A stretch of 64,000 nucleotides of DNA from Camelus ferus (lineage: Eukaryota), in the NCBI RefSeq assembly GCF_009834535.1, contig NC_045697.1, positions 49,292,001-49,356,000 on the forward strand, written 5' to 3'. Within the stretch, counting starts at the first letter, position 1, and each line of letters starts with the position of its first letter. The notes below the pieces were generated by a model. It was not told the DNA's origin and did no database searches. It saw only the letters and a program-made list of their open reading frames with translations. Below, piece by piece: positions 49,579-64,000 of the stretch. A program made the translations under genes and the position numbers.

Positions 49579-52500
49579 ATGAAGAAAAGTGGTGTTCCTC
49601 TCCTTTTGAGTATCATCTTCCTGACTCTGATTGGAGTTCAAGGTAAGGGATTCTGAGTTATTTTAGGTTAGTAAAGTTAGAGATGTGAGTTCCTGTAAAA
49701 GCCTCTTGATTTGCCCAATAAAGGTGGTTGCTTTGCATGCATCAGGAAGTATGTAAATCACCTGTGGTTGATTACCCAGTTCATATTTTGGACCTACCAA
49801 ATCAAACACAAGTCGAGGTGTGTGAATTCCTAGCATGTAGTAAGGCTTCAATAAATGTTTGCTGAACTGGCTGATAATGAGTTGGAAGACTTTGTCTCCT
49901 AAGTTATTTTTGTCACACTGATAGTGTTTCTTGATAAGTATATCTGTGGTTAACCAATTAAGCATCCAATAATCAGAGAGCTTGTCCCTAATCTGCTTCC
50001 TAACTGCCTTTGTTATTTTGGGCAAATTAGTGAACTTTTCTAGACTTCCATTTCCTCAGCTGTAAAATGTAGATTTTATAGTTATGCTTTTTCTACCTAC
50101 TATACAATGTGTGGCATGTAGTAAGCTCTGAGTAAATACATGTTGAATAAATAAAAGAATTAAGGAATGAATATAGTGTATTTTAAAGAGTTTTCAAAAG
50201 TTAAAAGCACTACTGAAAAACAAGGCAGTGGGGAAGATCAGGATGGTGGTGGTAATTAGCTTTTACAAGTGGCGCTTCCTGTCGAAACCAACACTAAGTC
50301 CATTTCACTGTCAGAAAGAAAAAATGATTTGGGAAGTTGCTTGAGAAACTATGGTCTGCATGACACAGATGAATTAGCTATCTGTGTCTGACCTGTGTTA
50401 GGCATTTATCGACTATTATGAAGATGTCTTTTCCTAAGTTTGTAAGATATGGTAGTGAAGAGTAGTGCCTTTGGACTCAAAAGAGACCTGAACTGAGATC
50501 CTGCACCTGTCCCCTAAAGGTTGAAAGGCTTTGTTCTTTATTTAACTTCTCTGAACCTTAGCTTCATTATCTATAAAATGGAGATAACACCTACATCAAA
50601 ATTTTGTGGTGATGATTAACAGAAGTCAGTAAATGATAGTATAATCATGACTAAGACAAATGTTTCATTTTGATGGATCACCTAAATTGAGACATTGGTG
50701 TAAACCAATGTTTTCTACTCTTACTTTTTCCTTTAGGAGCCCTAGTAATGAGGAGTAGACGCTGTTCCTGCATCAACACCAGCCAAGGGGTGATCCATTC
50801 AAAATACTTAAAGGACCTTAAACAGTTTGCCCCAAGTCCTTCTTGTGAGAAAACTGAAATCATGTAAGTAAAAACTCATCCAACACGCAATCTCCAGCGT
50901 TAAATTTAGTGTGAATTTTACCCTTGGAATGCTTGCCCAGTCAGACACTTAAAATGCAGATGATTTGCCCCTTCATAAATCTGGTCTACTTCTTTCTTTT
51001 CTTCTAAAAAACAAAGAATTTCTGGTAGAAATTAGGAACCAAGGATGATATATTATGAAAGTATTAGATGTTCACTGTAGAAATGTTTAATGCAGCTAAC
51101 CCAAAAGAAGAAAATAAAAATCATTTGTAATCCTGCTATCCAGTGATAAATACTGTTAATCCCATGGTATACAGTTTTCTAAACCTTCATTTGCTTTGTG
51201 TATACAAATATAGACACACACATATATATATGCACACAAAAATAAAATCATACACTACATACTGTTTTTTAATCTTCTTTTTCATTAACATCATATCATG
51301 AATGTTTCCTCATGGCAATAAATCCTCTGCAATAATAGCATTTCTTCTAATGTCATTTTTAATGGCCAAATTGTATTCTATCATATGGATGTACCATAAT
51401 CTATATGACCAATGCCTAAATGTAGGTTATTTACATTTTTTTTTGCTATTGAAATCAAACTATTATTGTGGCAATATTGTCTTTAATTCTTTCCTATTAG
51501 TAATACCTTTCTAGAGATTCAAATTGCTAGGTTAAAGAATATGCATATTTTAAAACCTTTTGAGATCTAAATCAAGGGTGGTGTATAGAATGGCTACTCT
51601 TAGATTAAACAGAAAAACTAAAGAAAAAAGTCTTTAAATTATTCCTGGAGAGTCTGATATAAGTAATTTAAAAACTTCAACCAGTCTGTTAATCTTGTCT
51701 TAGGAAAACATTTTATTATGTTTTAAGTAGTTTCATTAGAAAATTTAGGAAATTTCATGCTGGTTTTCATTGTTTCTGGGAAAAAAAAGTAGATATATTG
51801 ACAACTGTTTTATTTTGTGTTTTCCCTTAAACGTAAATAGCTATTTCCAGCACAACAGAACCTATATTATCTTTAGATATAAGTTTCTCTCATTGCATAT
51901 ACCTGCTGGATTTTTAAAATTTAGGGTTATGTGCTATCCTACAAATGTATCTAAGTCCCCTAAATCACTTAGGAAATGGAAAGGCAGGGGAAAAACCTGG
52001 AAGTCTCAGATGCTTATAGTGATGACACAAACACATTTTAAATGGGGAATTGAATTCTGTGAGTACGATGAAGCATTTAAATTATTAAAAGTAAAAAAAA
52101 AAAAAAAAATCTTGTCGCTATTTCCTTGGCAGTGCTACAATGAAGAATGGAGATCAAACATGTCTAAACCCAGATTCAGCAGATGTGAAAGAACTGATCA
52201 AAGTGTGGGAGAAACAGGTTGGTGAAAAAGAGGAACAAAATTTTCTCTCCTTTAGAAAGTAACTTTGGAACACAAAGAATTATATAATTCCTTTAGGGAT
52301 ACATTTTTCATTCATGTGATTGTCCTCCTATTTTGTTCCTAAAATGATGTCATCACCTTGAGGTACAATTGTATTCCGGCTTACAGTGTCACACGTCTGT
52401 CTCTGTCCCTGGAAGATATGTTCCACAAGGGCAGGGAGCTTGTCTTTCTTACCCGATACAGTAAATGGTGTATTGAATTGAATGGTAGACACTGAGAATG

Positions 52501-53449
52501 GAAAGGTAATAAAATAAAGCCTCTTCCTGCTGTAGCAAATATGCTAACAATTATAGTACAATGTGAGAAATATAAAATAAATAAATAAATAAATAAAATA
52601 AAGCAATGTACAGGAATCTTGAAGATAATAGAAGGGGGAGTAATTGACTTTTTGCCAGAGATGGGGACAGAGAGAAAGTGTTAAGGAAGACTTTTCATAT
52701 CAGGTGACATTTGATTTGGGTTTTGAAGGATAATTAGTTCATTAGGAGGGTGAGGGCAGCATGAAAAAGAAGATTAGAATCATGTGAGAGCTTGCTGTGC
52801 TCAGGGAGCCTCAAGTACATGGCTCGAGTTTATGTGGAGAGAGTCAGAAGGGACTGAGGTAGAAAAGCAGACCAGGACAAAGGGGGAAGAATCCTATATG
52901 ATCTGCTAAGGAGGTAAGTTTGAAGAGGGCCACAGTATATGTAGTTGGGTGCTTGGCTTCTGGAGTCTGATGGGCTAACAGCTCTGCCGCACTCTAGCTG
53001 TGCAACTCTGGGCAAGTCACCCTCCGCAAGCCTGCCTCCTCGTCTGTAAAGAGTGGGTAATAATAGTACCAACCTCAGAAGGCTGTAGTTGCGAGAGGTT
53101 GGTTGTAAGCAAGGTTGGAGCCCAGAGAATGGATAAGAGAAGACCAGTCAGAGGGCTATTTCCTCCTCATCAGAGCAAGTGAAGTAGAGAGCATCAAAAG
53201 GATCCCCTTAGAGAGTGAAGTAACTTTAAACTGGTTTTGAGGATAAAGAAAGACCACAGTCTGCTCTGGAGAGTCCAGGTATAATATAAGGAAGGAAAAA
53301 TGGTAAAATAGAGAAACACTACACTTTCCCCTCCTCTTCTCCAGGTCAGCCAAAAGAAAAAGCAAAAGAAAGGGAAAAAATATCAAAAAAACAAGAAATT
53401 TATGAAAGTTAAAAAAGCTCAACGTCGTCAACAAAAGAAGACTACCTGA
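49579..53449 (+). CDS. CXCL9: C-X-C motif chemokine 9 (MIG), 126 aa, 4 exons
   Basis: join(49579..49642,50737..50863,52133..52217,53345..53449), GT-AG introns, exons 64/127/85/105 nt. Protein: MKKSGVPLLLSIIFLTLIGVQG-ALVMRSRRCSCINTSQGVIHSKYLKDLKQFAPSPSCEKTEIIATMKNGDQTCLNPDSADVKELIKVWEKQVSQKKKQKKGKKYQKNKKFMKVKKAQRRQQKKTT*. Confidence 0.98.
52925..53090 (+). mobile_element. MIR SINE remnant in CXCL9 intron 3
   Basis: MIR core: ggcttctggagtctga...ctagctgtgcaactctgggcaagtcac...tctgtaaagagtgggtaataatagtaccaacctcag. Confidence 0.7.
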
Positions 53450-55535
53450 GCGACTACTTTACCAGCAAGTGTTTTGTGTTAAAAAGATGCTTTTTTAATT
53501 ATGCTGAAATAATTCCAAAAGAGGATTGCACCTTAATACACAAGCTCGTTGATTTGACTAGAAAATGTAAAGCATTATTATGAAATTGTAATTAAAGCTA
53601 GAAAGTTGCTTTTAAAAATCTACATGTTAAGAATTGTTAGAAGCTATAGTTTGTCCTTGTTCTTCCACCTCGGACCAAATGAATTGCATCATGCTTAAGA
53701 CCACAGTCTTAGTAACGCCCACATCTGGATTCACACAGCGACATCCCACACACAACAGCTGCCTTGGAGATTAGCCGTAGGCTTCCCAGGCCACACACTG
53801 CAGCCTCCAGAGAGTATTCTGAGGCACATGTCAGCAAGCCACAGCCTGGCAACATGTTGGTATGCCAAGCAGCTTGGAATGGAGCTGGACCTCACCACGC
53901 TGCCATAGCCATCAGCATCTGTATTTGAATCAGCCTGTGGGCCTCACAAACAGCATATCTGAGAGATTCGTGCTGGTTGTTTCTAGTGAATAGCACTTGG
54001 CTTTCAGAACCTTCTGTCTGATTTTGAGGCCGTATGACTTCATCTTGCCTGCCCAGGCTGACCCCTTTATTCCTTATCATTCCACTTTGCTTCAGCCAAA
54101 CCAGTTCCTCACTCATCCTACCACAACTCAGTGCCTGCCCCCTCTACAACACAGGTCATGCTCTCATTCACCTGAGTCTACTGCTTTCTCACTCTTTCCC
54201 CAGCACTCCCCAGAAATGCCTCCTTCTCTTCACTCATCCTCACTTGATCCAGTCTTCAAGGCTCAATTTAATCCTGCCTCTTAAAGCCTTCTGAATACAT
54301 GGATTACCTTAAAACTGCTATTTCACTTGTGTTCAGTACCATACAGGTGAGCACTTAATTGTTTTCTAATTATTTTTTGTATGTTTCTCCCTCCAACAAA
54401 ATTTTCAGTTCCTTGAGGGCAGGGGCCACAGTGTATTTCCCTGAATCTACCACCCGTGCCTAATGTACTGTGAAACTAGGTTTTGAATAATTTCTTAATT
54501 GCAGTTTCTGCAGGTAGGAGGGCAATCAGATCATCTCCTCAGAGCAGGATCTGGCTATTTATTAGCTACTCCATATACTCCCTGGTAACATCTTTTATAG
54601 TCATTATCTTCAGGCCATTAAAACTTCAGGGACTGAGGGTGATGCAACATCCTTGTCTCATTATGACAGGATGTTAACTTGGCCTCTCCAACAGATAAGA
54701 AGGAAATGTTTAAATCACTTGTGGATATTCTGAACTGTTTTCATTAAATATACAACATACCTAGAATCATAGAATCTGACAATGAGAAGGGGCTTTAGAG
54801 ATCACCTAGTGTTCAGCACCCCCAATACAAATATTCCTTTAATACCATTCCTGACAAGCCTCAGTCTTCTATGATCTGACAAGAAAGCCACCAAATCCCT
54901 TCTGAAAACTCATTTTAGGTAAATACGAATTTCATTGTCTGTTTAGCTTGTTTCAAAGTTTGTAAAGTACTGTGATTATTGATTACCACACCAGCTCTCA
55001 TGAAGAAAGCAGGTATTAAGTTACCAAGAACTAGAGGGAGCAGTAGATCCTGTTAGTGGAAGCGTGGTTGGTACCCAGTTAGCCTCTGCAGGGATTGGAA
55101 ACCCTCTTAAAGATGATGTTCCATGAACTGTGTAAGAGAGGATGTCTTTGGCCAGAATTTAAATTTATGCCTATTTCTCAAACTTTGTCACTCCTTACAT
55201 TGCAGAGATTTTCAGTGCTGCCCAGTGGTGATCCCAGTGTCTTATCTAGTCATGAAACTCTTTAGCTTCTTCCGTGTAACTCCCCTGAAAAATCTAAATG
55301 TTTCATAATTTGGGAGTCTGTGATCTACTTACCTTGCATCTCACAGGCAAAGTGGACAGTGTATACCCAAAGACCACGTGTTTTGACCAAGTAGCTATGA
55401 CATATATATACATGACAATCATTTACCATTTATATATGCATGTATACTCTCTAAGCAAATAATCATGTTCAAAGCAATATTGGCATATATATCCTGTACT
55501 TTGAAATATTTCCTTTGTTGAAAGACAATGCTATC

Positions 55536-55541
55536 AATAAA
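55536..55541 (+). terminator. CXCL9 polyadenylation signal (3'UTR about 2.1 kb)
   Basis: AATAAA in a TATCAATAAAAGGACC context, followed by T/GT-rich sequence. Confidence 0.75.
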
Positions 55542-56794
55542 AGGACCATATCAGAAAACAAGTCTTGATTTTTTAATGTCTTGAATATGCACTCAACTAT
55601 TGCACATTTAACAGTAATTCTCATGTGTCCTTATTCATTCGTTTTCATCTCATATAAGGTGTAATTGAAAGCCCTTCAAAAGGCTCTTTGAAGAAAGGAA
55701 AAAACTTCATTGATAACAATGCCTTATAACAACATTGACTTATCAGAGTTACATGAAATGCAATTTATTTCCTAATCCTCAAGAGTAATGCTATTCCAAT
55801 AAGATATATACCCAGGAGACCAAAAATTATAAATGTTTAAAAGCCTCAAGTAGTTATGGAGACCCAAAAGTAGGATATGTTATTTAAGAGTCCAGGAAAA
55901 CTTGGGCTGGAGGTGTTATACAGTGTACAGTCTCTCAGAAGGTTGGGAGCAGACAGAGACTATCAGCCTTATACACTCGAGGTACGCTTGAGAGGCCAGA
56001 CAGGTGTGATGTTGGGGCAGGTGGCAGCAGCTGATGGTGGATGGACAACGCCCACAAGGGCCTTAGCCTGAAATATAGCAGGATGCTGTGTAAAGAGCTA
56101 AGATTCTGGGTTCGGAGAGATCTAGGTTAAGACCAGAAGCCGACCACTCATTAGCTGTGTGGCCTTGGTTCAAGAATACTTGTAACCTCCCTGTGCATCA
56201 GGTTCCTCATCCAGGATTGTCATGAAGAACAGGCCCAAAGCAGACTTTGGTGCATAGGGAGTACTAAGTGTCAGTCCCAACCTCCTCTGACCATTTACCT
56301 CTGCTGCACTTTCTTCACGGCAGATGGAGTTTCACACCTCGTAAACAGAGAGATGTTCCTAGGACTGAAAATACAGGTTGGAGAAATGAGACCAAAAGCC
56401 CACCTGACCAGTTCTCTGTATCTGTATTTTTATACCCATAGTCCAGGCCATCATTATCTCTTTCCTAGACTACTTCAATAGCTTCCTCTTTTCTGTGCTG
56501 CTTCTTTTTCTCAACTTTTCTCTTGCATCCTTACCATTCATGACAGCCAGGATGATCCTTTCAAAGCATAACTCACAGAATACCACCACCTTGCTTAAAA
56601 TCCTGTAATTTAGAATTAAGTCAAACATAGCAAGGCCTACCAAGCCCTTCATGAGTTAGGCTTCGTCTGCTTCCCTGACCACACACCCTCCACCCTCCCC
56701 ATCACTTACAGAGCCTCGGCCTCACCTTCTTTCTAACCCTCAAGCACACTGACTTAATTTCCTTCTCAGGGCCTTCATATCCACTGTTGCCTGC

Positions 56795-57365
56795 TGTGCT
56801 GGGTTGTACTACATCAGCTTGATGAAGCTGGGAGCTGTTTCCCAGAATCCCCTTGCCTGTGTGATTTTAGGTTGGAGTTAGTCAAAGAGGCACAGATGTG
56901 AGATTTGGAAATAGAAGTAAAGGACTGGCCATTACTCCTGATTATATGTAATGACAGACAGTGGATCCATTGGATGGCAACTTGCCCTTGCTCGCCTCCG
57001 AGTTCACCATGTCTTCACAGCTGTGGGCCTCGTGACCAACAAAGGTCCCAGGTTCTCCACCAGAAGCTTGGAAGTAGACCCAGAGAGGCAGTAGTTACAC
57101 AGAAGCAACAGCTTCCCCAAGGCCCCTGGCAGTCCCAGTTTGTCAGCTGGACAGTCTTGGTGTCTTGGATTTTTTCTCACAAGCTCTTATGTGTACAATT
57201 GTACCAGTGCTTCTCAAGGTTTGATCAGTGAATCTTTCTCCAGCCCTCTGACTATCCTCCCCGACTTTCATCTCCCCAGATCTTCCCTCATCTGTGTAAG
57301 ATCTGATTCCTACAGTAAATCCTTTATTCTTGTAATAGAGTAACTCAGCTTCCCTAACTGATACA
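56795..57365 (-). mobile_element. Probable old ERVL/LTR-type element interrupting an L2 remnant
   Basis: TG...CA-bounded block (tgtgctgggttgtactac...ccctaactgataca) between L2-like flanks. Family and orientation are uncertain. Confidence 0.45.
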
Positions 57366-60300
57366 CCTGGGTCCGAAACACTCTTCTTTGCATGGCTGTC
57401 TCGCCTCATTAAAGTTTCAGCTTAAATGTCATTTCCTGGTTTCCTTCCCTTATGACTCTTAGTAAAATAACCATCCCCTCCCCAGACCTTCTATGTTCTA
57501 GCGCTTTTCAAAGTGGAATGTGTGCACCTTATGGAGTGGATGAAATGAGAATATTTATAACATTTTTGTCTGAAAAATAAAGAAATGAAGATGTACTATA
57601 AATCGGAAACCAGCGATTGGTACTGGCAGCTTCACTCAGTGCATTTGTAGGGTGACCCTGTGTCACATACTGACTTCCTGGGGAAGAAGCGAGACCTCCG
57701 CAGCTGGAGGGACTGACTCGTGCCCTCATTCACTCAGTCACTTTCTGCGCTTTGCAACAATGGGCTGCCCCTTATTAGGGCACAGTCCTCTACGGCTAAC
57801 TCTAAACCAGAACCAGGATTGTGAGGATTGTAAGGATTGTAAGGTAGACTGCTAACTAAGCCCATCTTCACAAAATGGGCAAGTGGCTTTAAAGGATTCC
57901 TACTAAGAAATTCATGAGGGAAGTAATGCTAATAGTGCAAACATAAACTAACAAAAGAATAAAACATTCATACAGGGGATGCCTGTTGTGATCTTACCTA
58001 GAAGGCACACAATTTAAAAAATCTGGTAGACACAGCCTGTTTTATTCTCTTTAATCATAATCAGATAAATCCATCAAATTTTATCATAATCTGAAATTAT
58101 CTTTTAAAAACATTTACATAGTTATTTCCTGTCCCCCACCCTACCACAAACATTAATTTAAATTTCTTGACTGCAGAAAACTCTGTCCTCTTCACCACTG
58201 CTTTTATAGTACCTTGAGCAGTGCTTGGCACTTAGGAAGCACTTAATATGTCTTTCATTGACAGACACATACTTTATCTTAAATTTTCTTCCGTGCCTTT
58301 TACAAGTCAATTTGAACTACTCTTATCACGGTCATCTAAATTTACCATGCTGACTTCTGCCTTCAGCTTGGCTCATGCTCTGTTATTCACCTGCTCCCCC
58401 CACTCCCCTCATCTATCTGACTCCCACCTACACGTGATTCAAGTCTCGCTTTTCCGTAACTCCATCCCAGCATGCTCCCGGTCATACTGAAGTCCTCCCC
58501 CGTGACTGCCCTGTCATAAAGTGACTTTAACTATTAGGAGTTGTTCTCTGATTTAAAATTTTAATTATTTTGCTATACCAGAAAGCAGTCAGTATCTGCA
58601 GAACAAAGTTTATACATTACAGCAATTGGTAATCAGTAAAAAATATTTAATCTGTAAACTTTTAAATTGAAATGCCAGTGATTTCTCAATCAGTTAATTA
58701 GGAGAAAGCTATCTGAGGTTTCTTTATCCCTCCTGAGAAAACAGAAAGTTGTTTTCTAATTAAAAAGGAAGATAAGGAGAGAAATTGCAATCACAGATGC
58801 TTTAGAATACTGTCCCTTTGTTTTCTGGCCAGTATAGAAAGGATGAAATTAGGTGAAAACAGAAAACAAACAACCTTCCTTACAGATAAGGAGTTAATTA
58901 GCTCCTAGGTAGTCACCGGGCCAAAAGATCACTGAGGCATTTTGATACCAAGTTAAAGTTCCCCGGAGGATTTCTGACCCTACATTTTAAGGAAGTAAGC
59001 AAATCACAAATGAGCAATCAAATCTAAGTCTGAGAATGAGACTGTGAACTGGGGAAAACTGGTAAAAGATTAGCTGGAAAGATGTCAAGTTATATATAAC
59101 TATTTGGTTCCTTTTAAAGTTTGCTATACAGTTTTAAAAATCTCATTCTTTAAATATAATATTTCACTTTACTGTTTCAAGTCTATTGTTTTCATAAAGA
59201 ATTTGTTTTGCTTAATAAAAAAAAAAAAAGGAAAAAGTTGCTGGTATCTCCAACTCCAGGGAATGAGGCCTTGGCCTCTGCCTTCTGTGTAGAGTGTAGG
59301 ACCAAGAAGGCCCGTCCACCTGCCATCAGCTTTCCTTAACCATCTGAGTACCCAATCTGAACTTCCTCCAGAAGGAGGAACTAACATGAAAATCTGTAAG
59401 TGTGAGAGGAAAAATGTCAAAGTAAACCCATAGAACAGAGAGGGGGAAACAGTGCTGTAACATAACAAGAGAAATGCCAGCAATCACTTCTACAACATTA
59501 AAAGCAGCAGGACATGCCTCAAGCAACATTTCTCTTGTTTGGAGCCTTTGATTAGGTCCAGACTGGCTGGGAGTTCTTATGGATTGGAAGTTAAAGCAAA
59601 AGCAAGCTAAATTTTCCCCAAATAATAAGGAAACAGAAATTACCTTTAGTAGCTAGGGAGGGTGTTGGGAATCCTGGAACAGCAAAAAGAGAGGCAGAAG
59701 ACTGGAGGGGACTGTAAAAATGACAGCAGGTTGGAGTAAAGGTACAGAAAACCAGTGAGAGACTTCCTATGGGGGGATGACCAGCTTTAAAACACTACTG
59801 TGTGACATTCAGTTTTAAATGCAAGCCTGCCTGGGACTCGGAAAATATTGGGAAAGATTTTAGATTTCTCATAACTGGTGGAATAGGGCCTTGTCACTTT
59901 ATTTGGATACTGAAGGTAACTCCAGAAAAATAGAAAACTTTGGGGCCACCTGGGTTATACAGTAGCCATAGAAGCCATCAGCCTTCAACAAAAAACTTGT
60001 TGTTCAGCTGCAAGGAGGGTGATTGGTTAGCTGACCGCCTCCAGCTGCAGCCCCTTGGACTCACCTCAGATTCTAATTCATTACTGGGCAGCCTCTAGTC
60101 AATGACTGAGTATAGAAGGAATTCTCAGACTTAGTCATTTCCACCCAGTGTGGGACCCCCCCCCCCAATGTGTAGTCTTTCATCGGGAGTGTCCCAGTGA
60201 GTTAATGAAAACCCTGACAGATCTGCGTCCCAGTCTGAGGCAGTCTCTGCCCAATTCTGCTCCTCTCTTTATTTGTATAAAGGTTACCACCAATAAACCT

Positions 60301-62389
60301 CTTGTACATCTGAATCTGTCTCACTGCCTGATTCCCAGAGAACCCAAATGACACAGGTCACATATAATATACTTTTCATTCCAATCAATAAGTATTAGCT
60401 GCTATTATCTTTGTTATTATCTACTACATCCCCAGACACAGACTTTTAACACTAGGGGAAAACTTGCAGATGAAGGACAACCAAAAGCCTCGAAATCAAG
60501 AGACTGGAAGATCTTTCTGGTTCCACCACTCATTGGTTGTGTAGTCTTGACAAGTCTCATGGCCTCTTTGAGTAGCAGTTTCCTCACCTGCAAACTGAAG
60601 CATGAGAGACTGATTTCTGAGGTTCTCTAAGGGCTCTCCCCAAACATTACCTCTTTTCAGTGTTCTGTCCAGTGCACCGTAGTTTTTGCTTAATGGATAC
60701 CTGATGGCTTACATCGGCCACCTTTTACAATGATGCTCCCTGTACTCCTTTGAATATATTTATATTTTAAGATAAACTGCCATGGGGAACTGGTTTAAGA
60801 CTGACACAATGTGAGAAGCTCACTTCTCTGGTCTTAGATTATTTTGATAACATGAGATGGAAATTAGAAGACTCCAGAAAGCTTTCATTCTTTCTTTATT
60901 CCCTACCGAGTACAATGCCAGGTGATGTCCAAGTAGTTCTCACATTGCTCCATCCTTCTCCCTGAAAGTGGGATTTGCCAATTGTCCAGTTACCCCTGTG
61001 GGTCCCTCAGGTTGGGGACAGACCCAAGAGGTGATGTGATACCTTTTATAATTGAGGATATAACCAGAACATTCCAGGGGAGGGGAGACAGGTGTTCTCA
61101 ATGCTTATTTCTTGAAATAAACAGGATCCTTGAGGTTGTGGATCCTGGAAGACAACCCATCTCAACTTTCATATCATAGGAGTTAACAGAGGAAGAATTT
61201 TCTTTCTAATAATTCATAGAAAAATTTTAAAAAGCAAGCAAGCATGATTTACAAGCAAAGAAACAAACAGGGAATATATACACATTACATTTTCTCTCCC
61301 CTTATTGTAACTTCTTCTGAAAAGAGATTCCAAAATGCTTGTATACCTTGTTTAAAATTTTTAAAAATACTATCCACAGTCTATTCTATTTCCCATGAAA
61401 TGGAAAAATGATGTAGCAGTATTAGGAAATCTTGGAGCCCAGGATGGAAATTTTCTTGACGGGTTTCTATAACAGTGAAAATTAGGAACACCTTAACTCA
61501 ATCACATTAATAGCCTTATCGTAGTCTAAATTAATCCAGCAGGAACAGTAGATTTTACAGAAGAAGGCAATGAACAGAATCAGGTTCAGCTGGCATACCC
61601 AAGAAATCTGGCAAAAGGAAAAGAGCAAGCCTTTGCTTCTGTTACCCATTATGAGATAATAGTGATACGACATGCCGTGGTCTATCTACAAAGGAGCTGG
61701 TTATCTCCTCTCTATTCACAAAGTCATTCTTCCAAAGAGAACTGAAATGTTACCATGCTTTGAGGTTTTAGTGTAACCACATAGGAGAGAAAAACTATTA
61801 GCTGGTTCTTGAGGAATATTTTGACTTCAGAAACTTGGCTATGATGGTTTAAGAGGGAAAAAATCTAAGAAAGGTGGTAGAACCTAGTCCCTGTTGAGCC
61901 TGGGGTTGATAGATTTGTCGAAAGTCCAACACAACAGTCCTCACTGTCCCCAAGGAGGAAGGGATAGATGGAATTTTGGGTTAATCCATAATAAAGTTGG
62001 AAAGATATGGGGGGGGGGAGAATTTAAAAAATGGAAAGAACTAATGAAAATATGAAAAGAACTAAAATTTCTTCCGATACTGGTTCCCTGTTAAGTTTGG
62101 ATACAGTCATTTTGTCAAATGGTGTAATTTTCTTGTTAAAAAGAAAAGCATGAGCTCCCTCCAGTGGCAAATCTAAAAATTTTTTTAATTAGAAAAAGGC
62201 TGACACATGCCTGGCTTTTCTGAACATAGTCACTATCACTGGTTTCTAATGAGAGACACAATATTTAGAATTCACGTGTTAGTCACTCACTGATTTTAAG
62301 GCAAATTTTGTGTGTGGATATCTAAGATATTTTAAGTTCTTACTTTAATAAAGCACACAATTGAACAATTGGAAGACTAGAAATTATCT

Positions 62390-63140
62390 ATGCACTCCTT
62401 CAGCACATATTAACTGATTACCTACTATGTGCCATGCATTGCTCCAAGTGTGAGGATAGAGCAGTGAACAAAGCAAGGTCCTTATTAAACTCATATTCTG
62501 ATGCAGAAAGGCAGGCAATAAACAGTTAAACTATTGAATACATATTATGCCAGAGGCTTCTAGGGGCTATGGAGAAAAATAAAGCAGGAGAAAGGAGTGT
62601 GGGGTGGGAGGTAGGCTGGGAGATCAGGGGAAGACTTCCTAATAAGATGTCACTTGAGCAGAGAAACGAAGAAAGTGAGGGAGCAAGACATGTGTTTGGG
62701 TCAGAGGAAATAAAGTGTGAAGGTCCTGAAGCTTGACATGCTGACAGCTAACAGGCAGCTAACAGGCCATTTTTCCTGGGCAGAGTGAGTAAAGGGGAAC
62801 GTAATGGGAGAGGAGCCCAGAGAGGTAACGTGGGGTCTTCTATATCCCTGAAGGGCTTTCGCTTCAAATCTGAGTGAGAAAGGGAGCTGGAGGAGTGACC
62901 TGTTCCATTTAAAGACCCCTCTGACCACTACTACAAGAATATACACAATAGTGGGGCAAGAGAAACTATTTAAAGGCTAATTACCAACTATATTTCTAGA
63001 AGGAGGGAGAGGCCAAGTGTATTGAATGCTGCAGGTAAGATAAAGAGTGGAAACTGACCGTTGGACTTAGCAAACCTCAAGGTGATTGATGATCTTGATA
63101 AGAATAGTTTCAATGGAATGGTGGAAGCAAAAAACTAATA
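62390..63140 (-). mobile_element. LINE-2 remnant
   Basis: L2 motifs: cctactatgtgccatgcattg, gcagtgaacaaagcaaggtcc, tgatcttgataagaatagtttcaatggaatggtgg. Confidence 0.7.
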
Positions 63141-64000
63141 GGCATTTCTTAGAATGTTAAATGTACATATGTTTAATGTATGTTAGCCAGATCAACATCA
63201 AGAAAACTCCATATTCATTTCCGTATTTAGTCTTGAATTGGCAAAAGAGTTTTCCATCTTTGTCTGAGCCCACTGTGATTTTTAACCTAAAATGAATCGT
63301 TCTAGAAAAGAAAATATCCTTTATACCTTTGCAAAAGAGACCCTGTTAAAATTATAAAATAGATCATAATACCTGGATTCAGATGGCTTAAAATTTTCTT
63401 CATTAAAGGGGCCTAGATTACAGGGCTATTTTAAATTTTGTTTGTATAAGCAGCACACTGTTTGGACTTATATCTTTATTTGCCATGTCTTTTGGGTGGG
63501 GAAAAGAAGTAAAATAGTTCAGACAGCAGCTTGAGCACCAGTCTTGAGCCATTAAGTCTCTATTACAAGCACCTTAATAGGAAGGAGGAAGATGGAAAAG
63601 GGCAAAAGGGTGCACCACTTAGCAGAATTAGCCCTTCAAAAGTCCCAAACAATATAGTGCTTCTGCATCTATCTGCAGAAATTTCTTTCCCTCCTCCAGA
63701 AAAACTCTTCATCTTTCAGAATTTCAATCAAATAGTACCACAACTGTGAAACATTCTGATTCCTCTGGGCTAGGCTATCCTCTCTATTGCTTCCGTGGCT
63801 CTATGTTAAGAACACGTTTATTCATTTTAAGAGTGTTTGTCTATTTCTCTCCCTTATTAGTCTGTGAGTTTCCTAAGGGCAAATACCCATAGCTTATTAT
63901 TTTTGTACTCAAAACGCTTACCGTAGGGCCTGACATACAGATTGTGAATAAAAGCTTGTGACATGGCCTGAGTGTTTCATTCATAAGTCACATTTAGTGA

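Noticed and set aside
51770..52225. 151-aa plus-strand ORF
   Set aside because: It is intronic AT-rich sequence overlapping CXCL9 exon 3 in the wrong frame.
55600..64000. Expected next gene (SDAD1 by human synteny)
   Set aside because: No CpG island or recognisable exon is present. The region appears to be old repeats and intergenic DNA.

Overview
This is mammalian DNA, probably camelid (inferred from a tRNA-derived SINE that resembles the camelid family). It contains the interferon-inducible CXCR3-ligand chemokine cluster. CXCL11 (100 aa), CXCL10 (104 aa) and CXCL9 (126 aa) are intact four-exon genes on the + strand, each with a recognisable NF-kB/ISRE/GAS-type promoter. A CpG island at about 45.7-46.6 kb carries a minus-strand splice donor and fits the distal ART3 promoter by synteny. 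Much of the rest is retroelements: a near-full-length L1 nested in an older L1, a twin-primed L1, degraded L1/L2, LTRs, two MER8-like elements and one SINE. The main new observation is two decayed CXCL9/10/11-like genes on the minus strand between CXCL10 and CXCL9. They have paralogous kB promoters, ATG-bearing first exons and 125/126-nt second exons, suggesting the cluster once held five genes. Also notable: CXCL10 has a remodelled signal-peptide junction and N-terminus, CXCL10 and CXCL9 both lack the X-Pro DPP4 site, a templated inverted insertion lies just upstream of the CXCL9 gamma-response element, and there are intergenic kB/GAS/ISRE clusters. All alignments were done by eye, with no database searches.
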